A stretch of DNA of 64,000 nt from Lepidodermella squamata (lineage: Eukaryota > Animalia > Gastrotricha): NCBI GenBank assembly GCA_047495785.1, contig JBLDXI010000074.1, forward strand, positions 806,001 to 870,000, given 5' to 3'. This document shows, in pieces, positions 39,215 to 50,816 of the stretch. The position numbers were made by a program, and so were the translations under genes. Each line of letters starts with the position of its first letter. Positions within the stretch are counted from its first letter, which is position 1. The notes under the pieces were generated by a model. That model was not told where the DNA came from, searched no databases, and saw only the letters and a program-made list of their open reading frames with translations.

Positions 39215-39243
39215 ACAAACAAACAAACAAACAAACAAACAAC
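39215..39243. repeat. (AAAC)n microsatellite
   Basis: acaaacaaacaaacaaacaaacaaacaac. Confidence 0.9.
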
Positions 39244-39388
39244 TTGTCAACTCACAAACGGTGACAGTATGGGGGTTCCCCCCGGCATTAGTATTTATTT
39301 GGATTAACAGAAATCAACCAAAGTTTGTTTCGATGCAACCAATGAAGTTTTGCGGAAACTAGTTGCAACAAAAAATCAGCAATCTCTT

Positions 39389-39819
39389 TTACAGTAGTTT
39401 GTTAGCCCGTTCTTGACCCGCTTGAATTTCTCCCAAAGCGGCCATAACTTCGTCGCGGAATTCTGCCAAAGCCGCCAGCCCTCGGTCTTGGTTCGCGGGC
39501 GCAGGAGCTGCAGCAACGGCAGCTTTTCGTGCGTTCATGTAAGCGATAAAATTATTCAGGCGTTGAGGAGTTACAGCGACGCGATGACCGGCTGCAATGA
39601 AAATAAATTAAGAGTGCAAATCAAGCGTTGAGTGATGAATGCAAGCGTACCTGCGTTAAGGCGAATTAACTGGATCAGGATGAGGTCCAAAGTCGCCATC
39701 TCGCCGGGCGCACCTGGCTGCGGCAGCAGTGGCAAAGCGGCTAATTCGGCCGCTTTTTCAGCTGCAACACCCTCCCGAATTTGTTCCAAAATGGCACCGA
39801 GTTGCAGATGGTTATCCAT
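39389..39819 (-). pseudogene. Truncated member of the small coiled-coil/Mug135-C-like family; exons 39819-39651 and 39591-39389
   Basis: MDNHLQLGAILEQ...IQLIRLNA-AGHRVAVTPQRLNNFIAYMNARK...EIQAGQERANKLL then TAA where the 44983 paralog has TAC. No intact third exon. Confidence 0.65.
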
Positions 39820-41172
39820 GATGACTCGCAGAATGTAGTCGAAAATCACGCGATTACGATCACGAATGAGAAATAAAAACGAAGTTGCGGAAGAGGAAAA
39901 AATGTGTGCAATAATTTGAACTATTAAGTTGGATTTTTCAAAAATAATTATTCTCCTAACAAAACAAAAATGGTTTCACGATATTTCAAGCAGCCGACAA
40001 AACTTCAACGAAAATTTAGAAATTAATTCGTGCTGGCACATAACCGCGACAAATCAGCTTGGGACATTTCAGCCAAAATTGTAGGCAATTTTTTAATTTC
40101 TAGTAATTAATAAAGAATTGTGGGAATGGATTTTTGAGCTAGATGAAATTATGTAAAAATGTCTACTGAAAGTAGGACCTGATTTAATTTGTGAGTTTTG
40201 CGAAGAGAAAACGGCAACCTCGAATTTATAGATTGGCGAAGAAAATTTCAAAATTACCAAAAACTTGTTCGTCATAATTAGAAGAATGAAGGAAGAAAAG
40301 CTGAAGAATGGCAAATTTAATCCGGTCTGGTGGTTAATTAAATTTTTGGAGAATAGAAGCGATCAGAAGGTGGTGGCACGAGGTGTTAAAAAGTTATCAT
40401 TTTTTCATAATTTTTTCATAAAGGTGTAAATTACCTGAAAAGAGAAATTTGATTTTCGTCATTTTTCTTCTTGGTCTCCATCTCGCCAGAGGCCGAATTT
40501 CCACCTGATAGGATTTCTGAGCCAAATTTAGCCTCCTTCATACGGTTTCAACTGAATGAAGAGCGAAATCAATGGAACGGATTTGAATTGGTTCAGTTTA
40601 AAAATTGGCGGATCCTCATCGATTTCCTTGTCGAAAATCAAATTTACTGCGAAAATTTAAAATAAAAGCCAACGAGAATGAAAACATTAGCTTCTTTCGA
40701 TCAAAACTATGATGCTAGTCAAGTCTTCAAATTCGCGAATGCTAGAACGCCATAATTTTGAAATTAAATAAAACTGTTGTTGCAATTGGTTTCAATTGCC
40801 ATCCTTTTCGCTAGTTTTATTCTCTTTTTTTTGCGCCACCTCATAAACACGCGCGTGGAGAAAAGTGAGCGCAGCCGTGAGTTTTTTTCAGCTGGTCATC
40901 GCCTGAATTTAGTCGACTGCCGGCCGGACGATTCGTGCTCAATGGGGATTATTTTATTCATGATTAATTTAATCTCTCTCTCTCTTTTCATTCATTTTAT
41001 TCGATAAAATCGACTTGAGCTAATGATTACCTCGAAAATACCTACTCAGCCGAAAATATGGGTCATCTGTCATAAAGACAGCTTCGAAAATAACCCGCAT
41101 GGTTGGTAGATTAATTGAGCCTCTTAACAGGTAATTTCCGGTGTTCATTGATAGGATTTATTAAAGAGAATA

Positions 41173-42041
41173 ATGGCGGACTTGGAAGCTGTTCTGGCGC
41201 AAGGCTTAGCGGATTTGCAAGCCCTCGTCGCAACCCCTACACTTGTCGACGTGTCACCGTTGCCTCCTCACCAAGCACCCGATGAGTTTGAGCGCCTCCT
41301 GCTGATCATGTTGCAATTAATCTGGTTCGGGCCAGGTAGGTATATAACGAACTATGAAATGTGCTTTCTTTGACAATTTTGTTAAAATAAAAGTGTTTCT
41401 GCGCTTCACGTTCGTCCGCGACTTCATTCGATATCTTATGATGCGAGGCACAGCCAGAGCCAACAACGACGATGTGCGCGACATATTACTAGAGATTCGG
41501 CGCGAGCAAGTCGAGATTCGGCGAGGGCAAGACAAAATTCTTCGAATTCAGAAGAACATAGTCGACTGTACTTTTGAAAGGTAGATGCTCTTTTCAACTT
41601 GATAAAATATTTGATAAAATATCAAATATTTTTTCAACCAAATTATAATTATTAATAGGATTTATTATTAAAATTCCAAAATTTCAGAAAAATAATTTTG
41701 CAAAAATTAGAAAATTTAAAAACGAGAAAATAACAGAAAATAGGTATCAGATTGAAAAATTGAATTTTTCCTATTTTTACAGCCAATTGGATAAAGTCAA
41801 ACGCGCCAATTCCTACAACGAGTCGATATCGCGAGGCCCTCAAGATGTTCCGGTCCACTACCCGCGTAATCACGAGCTGGCTAGTGTCGATTTCGCAGCT
41901 CCTGCTACGCTGGCCGAGTTGAACGCGGCCGATTCTGCGATGTTAAATCGACTGCTGAATATTTTCAACATTGCCTATGCAAAAAATCTGAGCGTTGCAA
42001 ATCGTTGCATACTCGTTAAACATTTTTTAGGCTTCAAGTAG
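41173..42041 (+). CDS. Three-exon coiled-coil protein with a Mug135/DUF1773 C-terminal-like domain; exons 41173-41335, 41394-41580, 41783-42041
   Basis: In-phase GT-AG splicing; heptad segment DVRDILLEIRREQVEIRRGQDKILRIQ; C-terminus KRANS...DFAAPATLAEL...LNRLLNIFNI...NRCILVKHFLGFK. The domain call is from memory of the motif. Confidence 0.7.
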
Positions 42042-42268
42042 AGCCGTGTTTCGAAAATGTATAACGCTGTTATCACATGTTATAGTCATCTGTTATCTTC
42101 CAAAAATCAGATAATGTACGCCCTAGGTCAGATAACAGGCGCGTCCTTTTTCATTGTTTAATTTACGCAATTAAGGTCAAAAGACATTTCTTGACGAAAA
42201 TTGGCAAGTCTCTAATTAGGTCAAAATGCCTCAAATCTCTTGAATAATCTTTTAGACACGGATTTCTA

Positions 42269-42857
42269 CAGGGTTGCGTTTTTTTATCAAAACCGTGGTG
42301 CTATTGTTCAGCGTTGTGATCAATTTTTCAGTGAGCATCGCAACAGAGAAATCACAATCGGCACGTATCATGAACTGACCGGCTCGTAACTGACTCGTAA
42401 CTGACCGGCTCGAAGGCCGGTCAAGGCTAGGCAGAAAAGACAAATCACCGCGCGGATTAAAAAGATTCGGCCGCGGCTAAATCGTGACATGGCTGTAATT
42501 AATTTACGACCATGCACCATGTGGCCCTCGTTAATTTCTGACACCATGTCTTTTAAGAGCTTTTTTAGCAAAACTACACAGAAAAGAGTTCTTGCTTTTC
42601 TCCGCAAAAATCGAACTGGAAATAAAATTCAGAAAAATCGATCAATGTGGCAAAATTTATGAAAATTCAGTGGGTTTAGGTGATTTCTGAGCATTATTTT
42701 GAATCCAAACTTGCCGATAAATTCGAATTTCATCATTTTAAATTTTTGAATTTTTGATGGGGTTTGAAAAAGCTTCGAATATTCGTGTGTGTCATCAGGT
42801 GTCAATAGATGTAATTAGTCTCAAGCACACCGCGGTTTTAATAAAAAACGCAACCCG
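42269..42857. mobile_element. Tc1/mariner-type MITE (TA-flanked on the left)
   Basis: ta-cagggttgcgtttttttatcaaaaccgtggtg versus caccgcggttttaataaaaaacgcaacccg. Confidence 0.6.
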
Positions 42858-43023
42858 CAATTTTCGCAGCGCAAATTAAAAAATAAACCCGAATATCGTC
42901 CTTAATTTGATGCGCGCACAAGAACCAAAAATGCAGCAATGAAAAAATTCAAAAGCTGTGTTAAGACGACCATTGTGCGCATTTATTACGCAACATCAAC
43001 AAAACAACAGCGTTATATCACAC

Positions 43024-43130
43024 AACTGAGTGTTATTCTAAATTAGACTCGTAACAATCAGATAACAGGCTCGGCTCCGCCTCGCCTGTTATCAGCTTGT
43101 TACTCGCCTAACTTAGAATAACACTCAGTT
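43024..43130. repeat. Long imperfect hairpin, probably a transposon terminus
   Basis: aactgagtgttattctaa...gataacaggc-[tcggctccgcctc]-gcctgttatc...ttagaataacactcagtt. Confidence 0.65.
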
Positions 43131-44196
43131 ATCTAATACATAATGTCGAGATTTCGAGGATATTTGTTGTTTCAGCTTTTGTTGGCAGATGAAGACGATA
43201 AAATGATGATATCAGTGATGAGTATAGCCAAAAATAAAATGCCTGATCTCGTAATTATCTTTACAATTTTTCGAGCAGTATTTTATTTTAGGGTGAGGTA
43301 AAATCTGTCGCCCGAAAGGGTAAAAGTTCGCCCCATTTGTGTCGCCCAAAAATAAATAAAGTCGCCCGCATTGCGTGATCGCCGCACTAATCCACCTTAA
43401 TCCGCCCCTTACGGCGAAAGGCCGCACCTGACTGATAATCAGTCGCCTTGAAATATAAAATGTCGCCCCGTTAGAATACGAAAAACGCAAATGTGATGAT
43501 GATGCCTATTAGCCGCATCTCTATTCCTTTATGTATTTGGTATCAATATTAAATCGCGATAGGATACAATAGCGATAGCAATATCGCGCGGACGATTTTT
43601 TGGGACAATTTGGCAATCTGAGCAGTAAAGCAATAGCCGTAAAAGCAATAGCCACTAATGCTTGAGCAGGGACATATTAGGACATAAGACACTTACCAAT
43701 CGTCCACCGGCCAGGTTTTGCTTGGAGTAATGACTCATTAGTCATTACTCCAAGAGGTTTTGGGGCGGATTTATGTTCAAGGCATGCTTATTACAGCAAA
43801 TTACGTTGTGGAAGCGTTGACCTATTGTTAGTTTCTAACTTCCATGAATTCATGGCCTGGCGGTACCCCAATTCTAGAATATATATTCTAGATAATATAG
43901 AAAAAAAATTTCGGCTGAAATATCTCTTACTTTTCTCCGAGTCCTGAGTGAGGCGGGAAATAAAGAAGTTTCAAATATTATTATCTCAAGATATCGAAAT
44001 TCGCTTGTGCCTTAATCTAGAAAAATTACGGAAAATTTTTTAAAACAGGAAAACACTGGAAAATTAAGGAATTTTCTAGCCTGAAATTAATTCATCGCTC
44101 ACCACTATAACCATTCAATTGTTTCTAGAAATCATTATAAAGTGCCTGGAAATCTCAACGAGTTTATTTACCATGTAATTCTTAATGCAAAATCAA

Positions 44197-44983
44197 TCAT
44201 TGAAAGCCAAGGAAAGTTTTCAGTTGTTGCCGTCGGGCAGCAACAGTAGCATTAGGCTGCGCAGCAAGGCCGTAAAAAGCTAACAAACGGTTGACATTGA
44301 GGCTGGTAAGGAGTCGTGGCGCGGCGAAATGCGAAATCGACCCGGTGCAACGTTCGATTCGGTGGATACCGAATGGCGATCGATTCGCCTGGGCTCGCTG
44401 ATTTTTGATGCTCGTGGTTTATTTTTTGCACCTCGAAAAGTTGCCTGGTAATAAAAAGAGATGGTAATAAATGACGATTATGCAGAAATGAATCGAAATC
44501 TTACATCTCGTACAGAAGTCCATTGGCCCGTTCTTGACCCGCTTGAAGTGCCCCCATAGCGGCCATAACATCGTTGCGAAATTCCGCCAACGCCGCCAGA
44601 ACAGGGTCTTGGGCTGCGGGCGCCGGAGCTCCAGCGTTGCCAGCAACGGCAGCTTTTCGTCCGTTCATGTAAGCGCTGAAATCAATCAGTCGTTGAGGTG
44701 TTACGGCGAGGCGATGACCGGCTGCGGTTTACAATAAAATCAATGACAAATTATGTTGAAATTAAGAGTGCAAATCAACGTCGAGTGATGAATGAATGCA
44801 GAGTGAGTGCGTACCTGCGTTAAGGCGAATTAACTGGATTAGGATAGAGTCCAAAGCCGGGATTTCGCCGGGCGCACCTGGCTGCGGCAGCGGTTGCAAA
44901 GCGGCTAGATCGGCCGCGTTATCAGCTGCGAATTGCTGCCGAACTTGATCCAACATATCACCGGCTTGTAGATGATTATCCAT
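44197..44983 (-). pseudogene. Three-exon member of the coiled-coil/Mug135-C-like family with an apparent frameshift in exon 3
   Basis: Same intron phases (1, 2) as 41173-42041. Exon 3 reads QLFEVQKIN...YPPNRTLHRVDFAF, then in another frame LTSLNVNRLLAFYGLAAQPNATVAARRQQLKTFLGFQ*. Confidence 0.65.
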
Positions 44984-46815
44984 GGCTCGCAAAATGTCGA
45001 ATTTCACGCGATTTGATCACGAGTGAGAATAATGAACGAGTTTGAAAAAGGAGAACAATTATTTGGTATTTGAAAATTGGTGATTTGAAAATTTAAGTTG
45101 GATTTTTGCAAAATAATTTTTCTCCTTATACCAAGCGCAATGGTCGTACGATACTTCAAGCAGAGCCAACGAAACTATTTAGTCGTAGATATTTCAACCC
45201 AAATTGGAGAATAATTCGCGCAGCGACAAATCAGCTCGCGACAATTAGCCAAAATTCTGTTAAATCACAATTAGGCCATGGTCTCGAAGTGATGATCTTA
45301 CCTCGTACAGAAAACCACGCAGAATTTCATGACAATTTATTTATATTTTTAGTAATAAATTACGAAAACCTGGTTTATTTGCATGTGAAATTTTGGCGAT
45401 CAATCAGATCAATTGTTTCTAATTAGTGATTTTTAGATATTAGTCATTTGACACCGAATTATTTGAATTTCATTTTGGTACGAAAATCGCCACGATATTC
45501 GAAAGTATCCATTGACATCAATTGGTAGTAGAAGTTCAGTTATTTCAGCTCTCAACCCTTTAACCGGTTGAGGAAAAATATAATTTCAAAACCAGATAAG
45601 TCCTCGGTCACCCAAAAATGTCGAAAAAAACCACACTACAGCATCTATCAGTCAAGAGAATTCATACACTGTAAAAAATGGGAGGGTGATTACCCCGAAT
45701 TTACTCTAGTCAATTGTATGGCGCTTGGGGGGTAAAATACACACGGGGTGCATTGAAATTACTCTTCAGAGTTTTTTTCGTAAGGATTATTTACCACAGA
45801 GTAACTATCCTTCAGCATTTCTTTCATTGAAGATACGCAAGGGTGAGAAACCCGTGGTAAAAATCAATATGGCTAGTCTTATTTGTGTACATCGAATATA
45901 AATCGAACGCAAGCATAAATATGTCAGTCGAACATGATTGCTCCAATATGCTAAATCGCCCCCGACCCCCGAAGGTCAAGCCTAGTAATGGCTCTGTGCT
46001 GGCTACTAGAAAGCCTTTCAACTCTTATAGATACGGCCAGAATTTCTGTCTGAATTTGGCGTCAGAGGTGTGGTCAACGCGTATGCTAACAATTCAGTGC
46101 AAAATGCTGCGCGGAAGTTCCTTGCCAGAGTCACCAAATAAATCGATCCAGCGTCGAATCCGTGATAGATAGAGACATTTGCTGCATTAGAATCGCCGAA
46201 AAATTCTGCTACTGGCACAACACATTTGGTTGCTGGCACAGCCCTTCTGGAGAGGCCATTAAAACAGATTTTCGTTATCCTTTTCCTGATTTGAAGTATC
46301 CTCGCCCAGACTTGTCTCAAAAAATCGTTCCACCTTAAAAACGGTGATAACTACAAGCACGGGGTTTGATGCGTTGGATTTGCCAAACAATTCTGCTGCT
46401 GGCACAAAGCTTTCCATGCGTCGGCGGTGCGTCAAATGATGAAAGTTATCGATTTCGACGAGATTCAGCCTCATTTTTCATTTCAAAATTTATTTAAAAT
46501 CGTGCAATGATTAAACCCTCGCCAAAGCACCAGGGTAATCACTGGCGCTCTAACGAATGGTGCCATTTTTGGAGGTGGCACATGCTCACCTGGGGTCAAA
46601 AAGGTGACACAAAATGTCAATTTTGTCACATTTGGGGTCAAACCGTTAAATATCTCCTAAACCGTGTTTTAGTAGTACAAAAAAGAATTGCAGATTCTGA
46701 TTCAGCGCAAAATTTTACCCTTTTATCCACCAAGTATCATGACTGGCACACACTGTCGCACCACATGCAGCGACGCTAATGCCACTCGCGGATGACCTGA
46801 AAATGTCCCGAATTC

Positions 46816-47102
46816 CTTAGTGGAACCATCGAATCCACAAAATCGCCATTGGCTGGGCTAACATTTGTTGAAGGACGTGATTGGTTAGATTTTCCAGCAT
46901 CCTAGCGTGTAATTTCTTGAACAGAAAGAAATTCCTGAATTTCCCAGGTTCGATTCGCGGTGGCCGAGCGTCGTTTTTTCTGAGATTTTTTAACTTTTCG
47001 AGAAATAACGTGCTAAGATGCTGGAAAATCCAACCAATCAGGTCCTTCAACAAATTTTAGCCCAGCCAATGGCGATTTTGTGGATTCGATGGTTCCACCA
47101 AG
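46816..47102. mobile_element. MITE with ~100-bp inverted arms
   Basis: gtggaaccatcgaatccacaaaatcgccattggctgggctaa...ttagcccagccaatggcgattttgtggattcgatggttccac. Confidence 0.8.
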
Positions 47103-47395
47103 TCGTTTTTTCACTCCAGTTTCATGGTGGTAGGTGATATGAGGGTGCAATACACCTTGATTTGCTCAGAATAACGTCCTCTAGCTGGCACACTGGTGGC
47201 ACAATGTCCCAGATAGAGATAGGCGGAACCTATTGCTTCGTGATCTTTGTCGCACACTTCAGCCCGGTCTGTTCAACAGGCGGACGGGGTTCGAGCTTCG
47301 AGCCCCGTCAAGGTTGGCCATTTTTTCAGTGGCCTCTCTGATCAGAAATTACATACGAGGAAAAAATAAATAAGTTTGTGAACTGGTGGGTGTAT

Positions 47396-47725
47396 CATAG
47401 ATAAATAAAAAAGATAGATCTGACACTGTAGTACTTTTATGTGTGCCGAAATGATTCATCAAGAGTTTTGGCTTTCTTGGTCGCGTGACCAGTTTTTCAC
47501 TTGTCAAGAGCTCTATAAGAAGTACGGCCAAATCAGCGCATCTGACAAGTGATTTTGGGCTTCTATTTCAACCTAATTTATCTCAAATGACCTGTCCTTC
47601 AATTTCGACGGGAAAAATAGGGCATAGAGGTCCTACCTTCAGCTCGGCGCTCATCTAATCCAAATTACACATCGGCACACATAAAAGTACTACAGTGTCA
47701 GATCTATCTTTTTTATTTATCTATG
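47396..47725. mobile_element. CATAG...CTATG MITE with perfect 8-bp TSD
   Basis: About 53-bp TIR catagataaataaaaaagatagatctgacactgtagtacttttatgtgtgccga, flanked by gggtgtat on both sides. Confidence 0.9.
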
Positions 47726-48066
47726 GGGTGTATGCGATTTCTTTCTGCAAACACATACGACCCGCAAAAAAAAACGTATTGCTTATTAGCAAAAATTACA
47801 TGACGAGTATGTGCGCACTCCTTTACGATTGCATTTTTATTACTATGAATCATTCAAAAATCATTGCCCTGTGTAACCGCGTGGCAGTTCAATTATTTCA
47901 AATTCAAGGTGTACATTAAAAGAATAAAGCTCCAAGCACCGCATTCACATGACTAGTACCGACATTGTGAAAGGAAACATTGGGAATGCAAGAACAAATT
48001 AATAAAATTAGCGGAGGCAAGTACGTTTCAATTGGCGACCTTTGCCATTGTTCGTACTAATTCGTA

Positions 48067-49670
48067 CTAATTGCGATCAGCTGGTGGCGGCCCACCAGGG
48101 AACTGAGGGCGCGTGATGGCTGTAAGTGGTGAGCAGCACATAGGACAGTTTTTATCCGTGCGTAGTGCCCTGCTTAGGCAGTCGTGGTGAAACAAGTGAT
48201 TGCATGACGTATGACACATCGCCGACACTTTGATTTCCGTGAGGCAAATAGGGCAGTCAACTCCAGTGCCAACGATGTGGCCAGTCTCCTCCAAGCGATG
48301 TAACATCTCATCGATAAATCTTTGCTGATTTTTCACGCCGAACAGTATCAGTCTTTGCTCGATGATGTATCTCAAACGATCGTTTAGCTCAACAAAATTA
48401 TGACTTGCGGCGCGGGTGATCGAATTGGATTCTATTATCATTTTGTTTAGTTGATCGAGACAGGCGCGCCGAATCTGCCTGCGTATAAAGTGCATTAAGA
48501 TTGCATTAAAAATTCGCTCTATTCCGGGCCCATATTAGTTTAGTCCGGCCCCTAACCGTCGGTTGCGCAATTACGTAATAGCGGGTAATAGTTGGTAATA
48601 GCGGAAAAACGCTAAGTCAAAATTCTAAACAGAGTTTTGGCCGCCCTTGCAGATGTCAAAAGGGATAACGTCGATTTTAGTAGGGTTTTCATTCCAAAAT
48701 AAAATTCGGGGTTGGTATTCTTACTTGAATAAGTACGCATTTCTTGTTATTCGCAGTTAAACCTTGAGGCTAATACAATTAGTATATTAGTGTATTAGTC
48801 TCAAGACTTAAACGGCTTTATGGTTACGCCGGAAAGATCAAGAAACCTATAAGATATAAGATACTGAACCTTAGATCGAGCTTCACAATTCATAGGGAAA
48901 GGCCCTTTATTTTGCCAACAAATTTGACATTGCCACGTTATCTCAGCCTTCTAGATGAGATACTATCCTTGCTCAGTTTTAAATGTTGAATATTATCGTA
49001 CAAATATCAAATATTACGTAACCGATCATGCGCCGTCATGCGCAACCGATGTTTAAGGGCCGGACGAAACCACTTGGGGCCTGGATTTGAAACAAATTAC
49101 TCACCGGTTGTCCTCCTCGTAGCGACCGAGTGAATTATCGGTGAATATTACACGGCGATTGATTTTCTTGAGAAACGCCTGCAAAGCTCCTTCTTCCCCA
49201 GCCCACTCTGTTAGTTTCGCGTCTAGATCTGTCATCTCATCTTCATAGTGAGTGACCACCAACACGCAACGATCAGCCCACGTGCTTTCAAAAATGAGCG
49301 GCAATATTTCAAAATTATTCATCTCCTCGGCGGAGAGCCGGCCAAACTTGACGACAAACAAGATGCAGTGCACGCCCAAATCGGCTGTTCGAAGCATCCT
49401 TTTCAGCTCCATAACTTCATGCGTGGCCGACTTCTCGGGGTCGCCTAGGCCCACAGTATCGGCGAACAGGTAGCCACGTCTAGGATCAAAGATCCATCGG
49501 CAATCTCTGGTGACAGTGTTTCCTGTATCGTCAAGTGCACAAGGTCTCTTGCAAGCATCAGCGGAGTAGTCATTGTTATACAGCATGTTAGCAATCGTTG
49601 ACTTTCCGCTCCCCGATCTCCCGATGATGTAAATGATTTTGTTGACGCGAAAATCCCGTTCCGCCTCCAT
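48067..49670 (-). CDS. GTPase + RING-H2 subfamily B copy 3; exons 49670-49105 and 48478-48067
   Basis: GRSGSGKS, DTVG, FGRLS, VVTHY, RING CPIC...CNHLFHHDC...CPMC. Same intron site as B1 and B2, but 626 bp long. Confidence 0.88.
48523..49085. mobile_element. TIR element inserted in the B3 intron
   Basis: Degenerate TIRs tccgggccc..gtccggcccctaaccgtcggttgcgca / tgcgcaaccgatgtttaagggccggac..gggcctgga; accounts for the intron expansion relative to B2. Confidence 0.7.
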
Positions 49671-50099
49671 GAGAGCTCTTTAAAATCGTATTCTATGGAA
49701 GACTGGGAACAGAAATGGGTTGGTAGTGTTTGCGCAATGATAAACTGACCAACATCTCTCTGAGGTTTTCAAGATCGACCTTAAGTATTGGGAGTATGAG
49801 CAAGCAGGCAAGCTCGGTTTTCGGTGGCGCTTCTGATTTCTGATGGCGGGGCACTTCCTCCTAGACAGTTGCCAGCTGTCCCCCCAGTGCTCGCCGCTGG
49901 TTTTTCACCGCAGCTCTCCCGTGTGCTACCTGCTACCGTGTGCTGCGTGGGAAGTGATGATGGGTCACTGCACACGTGTAACCTACGCCCGCCCCATCGC
50001 GAGCCTCAAGCAAGTGTTTCAACTTGTACTCAAGTACCGGAGTTTTATTTTATCCAGCGACTTCGGTCGGCCGCTGTCGTGAGCGCAAATTCTTGTGCA

Positions 50100-50181
50100 G
50101 ACGCGGGCGTTGAACCCGTGCCTCACTAGAACCACACTAGCATACCCAATGCTAGTTGCCTAACCACTAGGCTACTGTGTC
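50100..50181 (-). mobile_element. tRNA-derived head of a probable SINE (body may extend to about 49820)
   Basis: Minus strand has A-box TAGCCTAGTGG and B-box GGTTCAACGCC, but an imperfect acceptor stem and an abnormal anticodon arm. Absent from the homologous A2/B2 spacer. Confidence 0.5.
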
Positions 50182-50816
50182 ACCATAGTGTGGTTTTTTC
50201 CGGCTTTCTCGTTAGACCTCTCGAGTCGAAAGATGCTCTATTTCTCTATCGTATAGGCCCTGATGAGAAGGGAATAAGAATCGAGTTAGCAATTTCGCAA
50301 AATATGTCTCTAGGCTGATCTTATGACCGGATTGCCAGCCTTGGGATTACCAACATCTTTGACAAAACGGGCACAGCATAGAGCTATAATCTGCGTACTA
50401 TCTTGCTATAAAAGTAACTAGCCATTTCAACTAGCTAGAACTGGTCATCAAACGTAGTAATTTGAAACGTATCTTCTTAATCATGAGCTGATATATATGG
50501 TAAAAAACACTCGGCTGCGATAAAGGCGGAGGATTAGGCGTAATTTCAAGATAGCGTGGTTACAAGAGGAATAGTTATTGAAGCAAGATATAAGTACCAA
50601 GTTCAAAGCGCCATAAGCATTTTCACATTTCACCTCGCCAATCCGAATTTTGGTCGCTTGAAAACTAAATTCAATCCTGTCGTCTCCTTCTGTAATCTGC
50701 TTTATTGAGTACCTGATATGTTTGTTGTCTCACTAGTAGCAAACTTCGTTGAATTCTAAGCAAAAAGCGCAGTTTGAGCATAAAAAGTTGCACTGATTAT
50801 CTGATTATCCCTACAT

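Noticed and set aside
45824-46474. Overlapping short minus-strand ORFs with a repeated PxAExFGxSNAxN motif
   Set aside because: Interrupted by stops and frame changes, no recognisable family, and surrounded by transposon-like ends.
50100-50181. Functional tRNA gene
   Set aside because: Mismatched acceptor stem and non-canonical anticodon arm; treated as SINE-like.
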